A DNA stretch of 32,000 nt from Candidatus Arthromitus sp. SFB-mouse-Japan (GCF_000270205.1 NC_015913.1:540001-572000); one strand, 5' to 3'; positions 1-8,168 are shown, counted from the first letter of the stretch. The notes: generated by a model not told the origin, from the letters alone. Translations and numbers: made by a program.

Positions 1-5
1 ATATT

Positions 6-1028
6 TTGGATTTAAATGAATATAATTTGTCTTATGATTTTTTAAATAGTGTTATAGGAATAGATGTGAATGAATGTTACCCGTATAAAAATGGATTTTT
101 TATAATTGATCAAAATGGAAATAATTATTTGATATTTAAAATTTTGGAGAGGGATGTAGAAAAATATATTCAGATATTTGATGTTTTACAGAATATAAAT
201 TCCATAAATAGATCAATTCAAGGTATGCATTTTTTTATGGGTAATAAATATTTTATAGATAAGTCCACAGGGCATTATTATGTTGTATTTAATTATCCCA
301 ACGGGGAATATATTAAGTGGCTAGATTTTAATATTAATTCTATCAAAGATATTTTAATTAATTTTTACAATGGATCTCAGGATATTCTTAAAGATTTGTA
401 TAATTTTAATTTAAAAGAAGATGTAAAGTTACTGACCATAGGTGATGAGGTAAAAGAAATAGATGAATATCTTTTAAACATACAAAACATAGAAATTTTC
501 ATTTTGCATAAGTACAATAAGGATAGGTTTGATGATTTATTTCTTGAAAATAAAACTTACATGAAGGATGAGCTAATAAAAATTAGAAAGTTTTTCACTA
601 GCTCTAAGTTTAAAAATTACGTTAGTAACCATAAAAATATAAGATTTATAAATGGAAATTTATCGAATAAGTCTTTTATATTTAATAATGATAGAAGTTA
701 TATTATAAATTTTTATAATGCATCTATTGATTTATTTATTAAGGACATAGGTATTTTATCTGAGAAGGCAATATTCAATATTAATGTGGATGAGTTTAAA
801 ACATTTATTATAAATTTTTTGAGTAACTTTGAAGGAAATATTAATGAACATATAGAGATGTTATTTAATTATATTAGACTTAATAATCGCATGTTTAAAT
901 GGTTTAATACTCAATACAAAAACATTCATTATAGTGGTAGAAAAGTTGATTTAGATAGTAAGATATCAGAAATTTATATGTATAAACAAAATATTAACGA
1001 TTTTATAAATATATTATCCTTCACTTAG
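6..1028 (+). CDS. CotS/YutH-like spore-coat kinase-fold protein with degenerate catalytic motifs (possible pseudokinase); the 5' end may lie upstream of the window
   Basis: 340-aa ORF with TTG at 6, and the frame stays open to the window edge. Size and layout resemble CotS-family/aminoglycoside-phosphotransferase-fold proteins. FINGNLSNKSF (nt 645-677) sits where the family has HGD-x4-N. IINFYNASIDLFIKDIG (nt 702-752) sits where it has IDFD...D. A hairpin terminator follows. Confidence 0.45.
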   Translation: MDLNEYNLSYDFLNSVIGIDVNECYPYKNGFFIIDQNGNNYLIFKILERDVEKYIQIFDVLQNINSINRSIQGMHFFMGNKYFIDKSTGHYYVVFNYPNGEYIKWLDFNINSIKDILINFYNGSQDILKDLYNFNLKEDVKLLTIGDEVKEIDEYLLNIQNIEIFILHKYNKDRFDDLFLENKTYMKDELIKIRKFFTSSKFKNYVSNHKNIRFINGNLSNKSFIFNNDRSYIINFYNASIDLFIKDIGILSEKAIFNINVDEFKTFIINFLSNFEGNINEHIEMLFNYIRLNNRMFKWFNTQYKNIHYSGRKVDLDSKISEIYMYKQNINDFINILSFT

Positions 1029-1043
1029 TGTGAAGGTTTTTTT
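1018..1043 (+). terminator. Rho-independent terminator
   Basis: Stem ccttcac (1018-1024), loop ttagt, stem gtgaagg (1030-1036), then T7 (1037-1043). The stop codon of the upstream CDS lies in the loop. Confidence 0.7.
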
Positions 1044-1513
1044 ATAGTTTGTTGTTATTTATAATGTGTTTTAATAGAGAATCGCATCCAGCTTTAACGA
1101 GTTCAAATGTTAAATCAAAATTTCTTGTATAATAAGGATCAGGAATAAATTTATGTGATGTATTTTCAATAAAATCTGTTAATTTATACACTTTTATATT
1201 AGGATTTATGTTCATGACATCATTCATATTTGAATCATCCATAACAATTATATAATCGTTTGTATTTAAATCTTTTTCTGTAAGTTTTTTTAGATACAAT
1301 GTTTGAAAAATCTATATTTAATTTTTTAAGGATTGTTTGAGTACCGTGATGAGGAGGATTTCCCACATTGTATCCAGATGTAGCCCTAGATGATACGTTA
1401 ATTTTATCACTAAGATTATTTTGTTTAATGATATGTCGCATATAGGCCTCACTCATTGGAGATCTGCAAATATTGCCCAAACATATGAATAAAATATTGA
1501 CCAAAGTAATCAC
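1042..1513 (-). pseudogene. Low-molecular-weight protein-tyrosine (or arginine) phosphatase, split by a +1 frameshift in an A7 homopolymer
   Basis: The N-terminal ORF (1235-1513) carries the P-loop CLGNICRSP (C-x5-R-S). The C-terminal ORF (1042-1299) carries IIVMDDSN and the DPYY general-acid motif. The two frames meet at the T7/A7 run at 1285-1291. Removing one A gives ...NIVSKKLTEKDLNTNDYIIVMD..., a normal protein of about 153 aa. The likely true start is TTG at 1504-1502, after GAGGTG. Confidence 0.8.
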
Positions 1514-1654
1514 CTCAAATATAATTTTCTTAAGATTATATCATAATATAATTATAAATAGATGTTGTTTTTATTGGTATATTTCGTATAAAATTAAGTA
1601 TAGACTCAAATACTAACTATTAAGATAATAATCAGTAGGGGTGAAATAAGAAGA

Positions 1655-2479
1655 ATGTACATATATTCACACTTAAACATAACAGATGTTTTAGAAATAA
1701 TTAGGAAAGTGAATCCCGTAAAGATATTAGACGTTAATGTTGGATTTGGACGTTGGGGCATCTTGTGTAGAGAATTATTAGAGAGAGACAATATGGGAAA
1801 GGTTCGAAGGCCTGACTTATGGAATATTAAGATAGACGGAATAGAAAATATCACTAGTTCTTGTATACAAACCTATCATGATATCTTTTATGATAATATA
1901 TATAGGCAAGATTTAGAGGGATTCTTTAAAAACCATTTAGCACTATATGATTTAACAATTTTTTCAAATGTATTGGAATATAGGTCAAGAGAAGAAAGTA
2001 TTAGAATGTTAAGTAGTGCAATGGAGATATCGAGATTTATATTGGTTTATGTTAAACTTGGAAAACATAATGATCAATACACACCAGATGAAAGACAAGT
2101 TAGTATCTGGAAAAAAGAGGATTTTAATGGATATGATGTTGTTAACAATATCATTTTAAATGATAGATATGGAAATAAATATGGGATTTTCTTGATTGAG
2201 TGTAATACGATTAAGAGAATATACAATAAAAATGTTGTTATATATGGAATAGATGATTATTTTGATTTATGTGTTAAACCATTTATAGATGAAAATAAAA
2301 TCATATGTTTTATGGAAGAGAATGTATTTAAACAAGGACTTTTTCATATGGGAAAGATAATTCATACTATAAAGGGAGTTAAAAAAATAAAGGATGATTT
2401 TGTAATAATAATAGCAAGTGTATTTTATAGAGAAATAAGGAAAAAACTTGAGGCCGCTAGCTTATATAATTTTATATAA
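1655..2479 (+). CDS. Class I SAM-dependent methyltransferase-like protein with an extra C-terminal domain of about 85 aa
   Basis: 274-aa ORF with RBS aggggtg upstream. Motif I-like ILDVNVGFGRWG and a post-I/II-like YDLTIFSNVLEY are present. The C-terminal VVIYGIDDYF...DFVIIIAS looks like a Rossmann-type strand-loop that has lost its glycine-rich loop. Confidence 0.6.
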   Translation: MYIYSHLNITDVLEIIRKVNPVKILDVNVGFGRWGILCRELLERDNMGKVRRPDLWNIKIDGIENITSSCIQTYHDIFYDNIYRQDLEGFFKNHLALYDLTIFSNVLEYRSREESIRMLSSAMEISRFILVYVKLGKHNDQYTPDERQVSIWKKEDFNGYDVVNNIILNDRYGNKYGIFLIECNTIKRIYNKNVVIYGIDDYFDLCVKPFIDENKIICFMEENVFKQGLFHMGKIIHTIKGVKKIKDDFVIIIASVFYREIRKKLEAASLYNFI

Positions 2480-2490
2480 TTGTAATTTTT

Positions 2491-2526
2491 GACGCAAGAC
2501 CTAATTCTTGTGTCTTATTATTTTTT
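2491..2526 (+). terminator. Rho-independent terminator
   Basis: Stem gacgcaaga (2491-2499), loop cctaat, stem tcttgtgtc (2506-2514, one G-U pair), then a T-rich tail ttattatttttt. Confidence 0.65.
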
Positions 2527-2677
2527 AAAGGATATTTTTCATTTAATATTGAATTCTTGGTTTAATATAATTTTAATAATGTTCTAGAAATAATTTATTT
2601 TAAATAATGTAAAATTGATTGAAGTTTTTTAAAAATAATGTATTTAATGAATGATTTATTTAGGAGAGATTGATATT

Positions 2678-3229
2678 ATGGACAATTTGAGTACAGAGGT
2701 AGTCACAGGAAAAGTTCGTTTTAATTGTGTGTATTTATGGGAACCTAGAATTATTAATAGTAATCCTGAATATTCAGTATGTTTATTAATACCAAAATCA
2801 GATGAAAGGACACTGAATGATATTAGACAGGCTATGAAAAATGCAAAGGAAATAGGGATAAGTATTTTAAATTACAATATGGATTTAGATCTTAAAATGC
2901 CATTAAGAGATGGCGATATTGAACGATCAGATGAGGTTTACGAAGGATGTTATTTTATGTATGCTAGTAGTGCTAATAAGCCACTTATATTAGATGAATT
3001 TAACAATCAAATTAATAATAAGGAAGATTTTTATAATGGTTGTTATGGATATGCATCAATTAATTTTTATGCTTTTAATACAGATAAGAATAAAGGCATA
3101 GCGTGTAGGATTAATAATATTGTCAAGATTGAAAATGGAGATTTACTAGATGATAAATCGACTGTAAAAGAAGATATGATATCTATAGAGGCTATAAAAT
3201 TAGAAAATTTAGAAGGTTTTATGGTTTAG
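2678..3229 (+). CDS. DUF2815-family protein (phage-type ssDNA-binding-like)
   Basis: Start ATG at 2678 follows aggagag (2662-2668), so the ORF-track start at 2651 is probably too far upstream. The sequence VVTGKVRF...YLWEP...EYSVCLLIPKSD...LKMPLRDGD...YEGCYFMYASS...FYNGCYGYASINFYAFN...NKGIACRINN matches my recollection of the DUF2815 consensus along its whole length. Confidence 0.7.
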   Translation: MDNLSTEVVTGKVRFNCVYLWEPRIINSNPEYSVCLLIPKSDERTLNDIRQAMKNAKEIGISILNYNMDLDLKMPLRDGDIERSDEVYEGCYFMYASSANKPLILDEFNNQINNKEDFYNGCYGYASINFYAFNTDKNKGIACRINNIVKIENGDLLDDKSTVKEDMISIEAIKLENLEGFMV

Positions 3230-3300
3230 TGAAATTATATAAATTTAGATATAAAGTATTTTGTTTCATAGAAGTTTGAAACTTGTTTGTTATAGAGTTC

Positions 3301-3337
3301 TATAGAGCAAATGCAGAGCATTTGCTCTATATTTTTT
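3301..3337 (+). terminator. Rho-independent terminator
   Basis: Perfect 14-bp stem: tatagagcaaatgc (3301-3314), loop aga, gcatttgctctata (3318-3331), then T6 (3332-3337). Confidence 0.85.
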
Positions 3338-3462
3338 ATAGGAAAAGATACAATTAATTTAATGATTTCTCATTAAAAGATACTATTTCAAAATTTTATA
3401 TTTGTATATAATTAAAACATTAAATAGAACAAGCAAAACAATATATAAATAATTTTTAGTAG

Positions 3463-3594
3463 ATGATTAATATGTTAAAAGATAAGATTAAGAAGATAGT
3501 ATCAGCGGTGGTTTTAGGGGCATTGTTAACAATTGGAGTAGGAAGTATAAAATCAATGGCAACAACAGACAATACACAACAACAAAATTTATAA
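3463..3594 (+). other. Short ORF that is essentially only a signal peptide, in frame with the next CDS and separated from it by one TAA
   Basis: (MIN)MLKDKIKKIVSAVVLGALLTIGVGSIKSMATTDNTQQQNL, then TAA at 3592-3594. This is frame 1, the same frame as the ORF starting at 3604. No strong Shine-Dalgarno sequence precedes either ATG (3463/3472 or 3604). Confidence 0.4.
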
Positions 3595-3603
3595 GAAGTT
3601 TAT

Positions 3604-4257
3604 ATGGACTTTGATAGTGTAGACGGAGATTATTATGAATATGATGAGTCTACTTACTCTGAGATTATAAAAGAATTGCTAGATTCAGGATATATAGATC
3701 AAGCTAAAGCTGATAGGTTTATACAAAATATTAATTCTGAATCAGTACAAGCGGAAATTATTAAAGAGTATAATTTATATGCAGTTGATTCATATGTGAA
3801 AGAAGGATATTATAGTGCGGAAGCTGGGGAATTAGAGAAGCAGTTAATAGAAGCACAATATGCAGGGAATGATGCACTAGTTGAAGAGTTAAATAATAAA
3901 TATATGGAACAATTAGAAAAAGATGGAGTGGTTTTTGATCTTTATGATAATACGTATTATCAAGATGCTGTGGATCATCTATTGAGTGAAGGATATATAG
4001 ATCAAGCTAAAGCTGATAGCTTTACACAAAACATTGATTTTGAATCAGTACAAGCAGAAATTGTTAAAGATTATACTTTATACGCAATTGATTTATGGGT
4101 AAAAGATGGATATTACAGTGAAGAGACTGGAAAATTAGAGAAACAAATAGTAGAAGCAGAATATGCGGGGAATGATTCACTAGCTGAAGAGTTAAGGAAT
4201 AAATACATGGAACAATTAGAGAATGATGAACTAGCAAGTTTTTATGAACTTGGATAA
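3604..4257 (+). CDS. Hypothetical acidic protein made of two tandem 101-aa repeats; possibly the truncated body of a secreted protein
   Basis: 217-aa ORF. I recognise no family. Internal duplication with a 303-nt period (see the repeat feature). A hairpin terminator follows. Confidence 0.6.
   Translation: MDFDSVDGDYYEYDESTYSEIIKELLDSGYIDQAKADRFIQNINSESVQAEIIKEYNLYAVDSYVKEGYYSAEAGELEKQLIEAQYAGNDALVEELNNKYMEQLEKDGVVFDLYDNTYYQDAVDHLLSEGYIDQAKADSFTQNIDFESVQAEIVKDYTLYAIDLWVKDGYYSEETGKLEKQIVEAEYAGNDSLAEELRNKYMEQLENDELASFYELG
3628..4233 (+). repeat. Intragenic tandem duplication, 2 x 303 nt
   Basis: ggatatatagatcaagctaaagctgatag occurs at 3688 and again at 3991, an offset of 303 nt or 101 aa. The encoded cores (SGYIDQAKADRFIQNI...NKYMEQLEKD and EGYIDQAKADSFTQNI...NKYMEQLEND) are roughly 70% identical by eye. 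Confidence 0.85.
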
Positions 4258-4284
4258 GAAATTATTTAGATATGATGGTATTTT

Positions 4285-4316
4285 AAGAAAGCTTTATAAT
4301 AAAGCTTTCTTTTTTT
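4285..4316 (+). terminator. Rho-independent terminator (the hairpin is shared with the convergent gene)
   Basis: Stem aagaaagcttt (4285-4295), loop ataat, stem aaagctttctt (4301-4311), then T5. The stop codon of the minus-strand gene (4315-4317) abuts it. Confidence 0.75.
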
Positions 4317-4545
4317 ATGTGAGTGTATCTTTTACATAAACAACATCACAATTTAAATGAGTGAATAATGGTTCTATTGATGTTTTGAATTCTCCAATTT
4401 CGTAATTTAAAGATTGGTTAAATAAAATTTGATTTGTTACATTGTTCATAACTAATAGATTTCCACTTGAAATATCATAGGTAACTGATAAGTCTGTATC
4501 ATTAGATCTTATGTAATTTAATAAATCGTCGATTGAGTCGAACAT
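4315..4545 (-). CDS. Hypothetical small protein (76 aa)
   Basis: The ORF track starts at 4569, but the ATG at 4545 is preceded by AGGAGGTG with 5-nt spacing. The product MFDSIDDLLNYIRSNDTDL... matches no family I recognise. Confidence 0.5.
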   Translation of the reverse strand: MFDSIDDLLNYIRSNDTDLSVTYDISSGNLLVMNNVTNQILFNQSLNYEIGEFKTSIEPLFTHLNCDVVYVKDTLT

Positions 4546-4610
4546 AATAACACCTCCTAATTTATACATAATTTAATTATTTCAAGTAAATTAGAAATTA
4601 TTCAACATAT

Positions 4611-4639
4611 TTTAAAAAAATTAGTTTGTGTGGTAGAAT
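4611..4639 (+). promoter_or_regulatory. Putative sigma-A type promoter with a TRTG extended -10
   Basis: -35 TTTAAA (4611-4616), 17-nt spacer ending in TGTGg (4629-4633), -10 TAGAAT (4634-4639). It lies about 30 nt upstream of the recJ ATG and its AGGAGG. Confidence 0.4.
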
Positions 4640-4667
4640 TGCAGTATGGTTTTAATAGGAGGAATGT

Positions 4668-6440
4668 ATGTTAGAGCGGTGGATTTTGAGAAATAGAAAT
4701 ACCTTAATAGAAGGGATAGAAAAGCTTGAAGTATCTAGCAAGCTTTTAAAGATACTCATTAATAGAGATTTTAAAAATTTTGATGATATGAGAAGTTATA
4801 TGTATCCGAGTGAGGTTTTATTAAATGATCCATTTGAATTAAAAGATTTTCAAAAGGTTATTGATATTTTGATTTCATTAATTGAAAGTGGAGATAAGAT
4901 AAGAATTGTTGGCGATTATGATGTTGATGGTATAATTAGTGTCTACATATTATATACAACTTTTAAGAATATTGGAATTGATGCTGATTTTGTAATACCT
5001 GATAGGGTTAAAGACGGTTATGGAATAAATAAAAAGATAGTTAGTGAGGCTAAAAATGATGGAGTTAAGGTTTTAATAACGTGTGATAATGGTATAGCTG
5101 CTATTGATGTTATAAAGTTTGCAAAAGAGAATGATTTAATTGTAATTGTTACGGATCATCATGATATTCAAATTATACACGGTGAAGATGGAAATTGTGA
5201 TAGGGTTTTGCCTGATGCTGATGCGATTTTAAATCCAAAGCAAGATGAGTGTGCATATAAGTTTAAAAAACTTTGTGGAGCTGGTATTTGTTTTAAGCTT
5301 TGTTCTGAGCTATATAAGAAGTTTGGGTTAGAATATAAGATAGATGATTTGATAGAGGTAACTGCTATTGCAACTATTTGTGATGTTGTTGATTTGGAAG
5401 ATGAAAATAGATTTTTAGCAAAGAAGGGTATTGAGTTATTAAGATCAACAAATAATATTGGCTTGAATGCTATAATTGATATAAATTCTATATCAAGAGA
5501 AAATATTTCTTCGTATGAGATAGGTTATATAATTGGTCCTTGTTTGAATGCACTTGGAAGGCTTGAGAGTGGTATGAAGGGACTAGATTTATTATTGTGT
5601 GATGACAATGATAAGGTTTATGAACTCGCATCAGAAATAAAGGATTTAAACGATAGAAGGAAGTCTATGACTTTGGATGGTTTTATTGAGTGTTTAAATA
5701 TAGTTATGGATGAAGGATACTTCAATTCAGATATAATTGTTGTTTATAATGAAAATATTCATGAAAGCATAGCGGGTATAATTGCTGGAAGGATTAAGGA
5801 AAGGTTTTATAAGCCTACAATTGTTTTAACAAAAGGTGAGGAAATTTGTAAAGGATCGGCTAGGTCAATTGAGGGAATAAATATTTTTGATTTAATTTCT
5901 GAAAATCGAGATATACTTGAGACATTTGGAGGTCATCCTATGGCTGCAGGATTATCTATTAGAGAAGAAAATATAAATTTATTTAGAGATAGATTGAATT
6001 CATCAAATAGAATTGATAAGGAGAAGTATTTAAATACTGTGTATATTGATATCTTTTGTCCAATTCAGGATATAGATTATGATTTTGTCAGAGATTTGGA
6101 CAAACTTGAGCCATTTGGAAAATCAAATCCAAAACCAATTATTGGTGATAAAAGGTTAAGATTATATTCCATCAAAAGAATTGGTAAAAATAGGAATTAT
6201 ATTTCTATGAAATTAATTTCGAGGGATAACAAAATTTTTGATTTTGTTTATTTTGGATATGCTGATGAATTTGATAAATCATTTAGTAATTATTATTCAA
6301 GAGTTGATCTCGAGAAACTATATTCTGGAAGATGTAATATGAACAGTCAATTTTTTATTGATGTTTTATATGAAGTTAAGATAGATAATTATAATTTTAG
6401 TGAGACGATAAAGTATTTTTTATTAAAGTATAGATTTTAA
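4668..6440 (+). CDS. recJ: Single-stranded-DNA-specific exonuclease RecJ
   Basis: 590 aa with RBS aggagg. DHH-family motifs are present: VGDYDVDGI, CDNGIAA, VTDHHD and the DHHA1 motif GGHPMAAG. Confidence 0.9.
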   Translation: MLERWILRNRNTLIEGIEKLEVSSKLLKILINRDFKNFDDMRSYMYPSEVLLNDPFELKDFQKVIDILISLIESGDKIRIVGDYDVDGIISVYILYTTFKNIGIDADFVIPDRVKDGYGINKKIVSEAKNDGVKVLITCDNGIAAIDVIKFAKENDLIVIVTDHHDIQIIHGEDGNCDRVLPDADAILNPKQDECAYKFKKLCGAGICFKLCSELYKKFGLEYKIDDLIEVTAIATICDVVDLEDENRFLAKKGIELLRSTNNIGLNAIIDINSISRENISSYEIGYIIGPCLNALGRLESGMKGLDLLLCDDNDKVYELASEIKDLNDRRKSMTLDGFIECLNIVMDEGYFNSDIIVVYNENIHESIAGIIAGRIKERFYKPTIVLTKGEEICKGSARSIEGINIFDLISENRDILETFGGHPMAAGLSIREENINLFRDRLNSSNRIDKEKYLNTVYIDIFCPIQDIDYDFVRDLDKLEPFGKSNPKPIIGDKRLRLYSIKRIGKNRNYISMKLISRDNKIFDFVYFGYADEFDKSFSNYYSRVDLEKLYSGRCNMNSQFFIDVLYEVKIDNYNFSETIKYFLLKYRF

Positions 6441-6450
6441 AGGTGATTTT

Positions 6451-8121
6451 ATGGAAATATATGAGCTTGATAAGCAGATTGACATTATTAATTCGTTTAA
6501 CGATATTGTTTTGGTTACAGATCTTAACAATATCATTAGATCGTATAATAAAAGGGCCTATGAATCATTTTCATTTGATAAGGATTTTTTAAGAGATAAA
6601 AGTATAATTGATTTTATTAGTGCGTTTGAAGTAAGAATATATGATGAATTTATTGATGGGAAAAATTTTGATTTAACGAGCAAAATGCCAAGGAATATAT
6701 TGAACTATGATATGAAGACTGTTGTTTTTAAGAGAGTTTTTAAGCGTAAAGAATTATTTTTTAAGCTTGGGATTTATGAACATAAGTTATATGGTAGGGA
6801 AATAATAGGAAATATTTACATATTGACGGATATAACGGACATTTATATGGCTTATAATGATTTAAGTAAAAATAATGAAGCGATGAGAAATTATATTGTT
6901 GATATGAAGGGTCTCATTGATATAAAGCATAGATTGAATAAAAAGAAACATAATCAATTTATACATATAAATAATATAATTAACAATTTGCATGAAGGAA
7001 TCATAGTAGTAGATAATATGTTTTCTGAAATTTACTGTAATGATGTCTATAAAAACACTTTTGATTTTACAGCAAGAGAATTTTTATCTTTAAAATTTTT
7101 GGATAATTATAAGGTTGAATCTATAGGAAATAATTTTATTGATATTAGAGAATTTTTGAAAAATATTAAATGTAAGAATGAAAAGCGGACGGGGCAATTT
7201 TTATTTAAGAATATTGAATATAATATTGAAAAATATTTTCAAATAACACTGAACACGATAGATTATCATGAAAATTCTAAGCTTAAATATCATAATATAA
7301 TTACATTTTCAGATATAACTCAGCTTAAAATTCAAGAGTTGTTGAAGGATGATTTTTTTAATATGGTATCTCATGAATTAAGAACACCTATTACTTTAAT
7401 AAAATCATCTCTTCAGGCACTTGAAAATTTGTGTAAAAACGAACTGACGATGGGCATGAAAAAATATTTGAGTATGATGAATAAAAATAGCTCAAGATTG
7501 TTAAAACTCATTAATAATATTTTGGATTTATCGAGAGCTGAATCTGGTTATATGTTACCTGTTATGAGTTATTTTGATATAGTAATTATAACAGAAGACA
7601 TAGTTACATCAATAAATTTGCATGCTAATCATAAAAAGAACATAAAGGTTATATTTGAACCAAATGTAGAGGAAGAATATTTATTTTTTGATAAGGATAT
7701 GTACGAGAAAATTTTACTTAATTTATTATCTAATGCAATTAAATTTACTCCAAATAATAAGATGGTTTATGTTAATTTGATTATAAATAGTGATAATTTT
7801 GTATTGAAAGTAAGAGATCAAGGGATAGGAATACCTAAAGATAAATTAGATGGTGTTTTTGATAAATTTAGTCAGGTTAACTCTGTTTTAAGTCGTGGTG
7901 CAGAGGGAAGTGGAATAGGATTATCTATAGTTAAGAGATTTGTAGACATTTTGAAAGGTAAAATTGTTGTTAATAGTGATATTGGAATTGGGACAGAATT
8001 TATTTTAACATTTGATAGATCTATTGTAGACAATAATTTTGATACAATTGAGGAGGATATATTGATAAATGATGAGATTGATGTTAAAGTAGATATTCAT
8101 TTTTCTGATATTTATCCTTAA
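6451..8121 (+). CDS. Soluble PAS-domain sensor histidine kinase (orphan; no response regulator in the window)
   Basis: 556 aa with no hydrophobic segment. Two PAS-like regions (IINSFNDIVLVTD..., NNLHEGIIVVD...). H-box FFNMVSHELRTPIT, N-box LLNLLSNAIKF, G1 DQGIGIP, G2 GSGIGLSIV. Confidence 0.9.
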   Translation: MEIYELDKQIDIINSFNDIVLVTDLNNIIRSYNKRAYESFSFDKDFLRDKSIIDFISAFEVRIYDEFIDGKNFDLTSKMPRNILNYDMKTVVFKRVFKRKELFFKLGIYEHKLYGREIIGNIYILTDITDIYMAYNDLSKNNEAMRNYIVDMKGLIDIKHRLNKKKHNQFIHINNIINNLHEGIIVVDNMFSEIYCNDVYKNTFDFTAREFLSLKFLDNYKVESIGNNFIDIREFLKNIKCKNEKRTGQFLFKNIEYNIEKYFQITLNTIDYHENSKLKYHNIITFSDITQLKIQELLKDDFFNMVSHELRTPITLIKSSLQALENLCKNELTMGMKKYLSMMNKNSSRLLKLINNILDLSRAESGYMLPVMSYFDIVIITEDIVTSINLHANHKKNIKVIFEPNVEEEYLFFDKDMYEKILLNLLSNAIKFTPNNKMVYVNLIINSDNFVLKVRDQGIGIPKDKLDGVFDKFSQVNSVLSRGAEGSGIGLSIVKRFVDILKGKIVVNSDIGIGTEFILTFDRSIVDNNFDTIEEDILINDEIDVKVDIHFSDIYP

Positions 8122-8168
8122 ACTAAGATTAAATTAGAATTTATTTTAATATAAAGAGGGTATTCTAG

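Noticed and set aside
1606-1854. 82-aa minus-strand ORF overlapping the start of the methyltransferase gene.
   Set aside because: It is antisense to a CDS with a clear SAM-binding motif. Its sequence is hydrophobic and low-complexity, and there is no RBS.
2480-4600. Possible prophage or mobile-element remnant around the DUF2815 gene.
   Set aside because: I see no integrase, recombinase, transposase, terminal inverted or direct repeats, or other phage genes. A single phage-family gene is not enough to call a mobile element.
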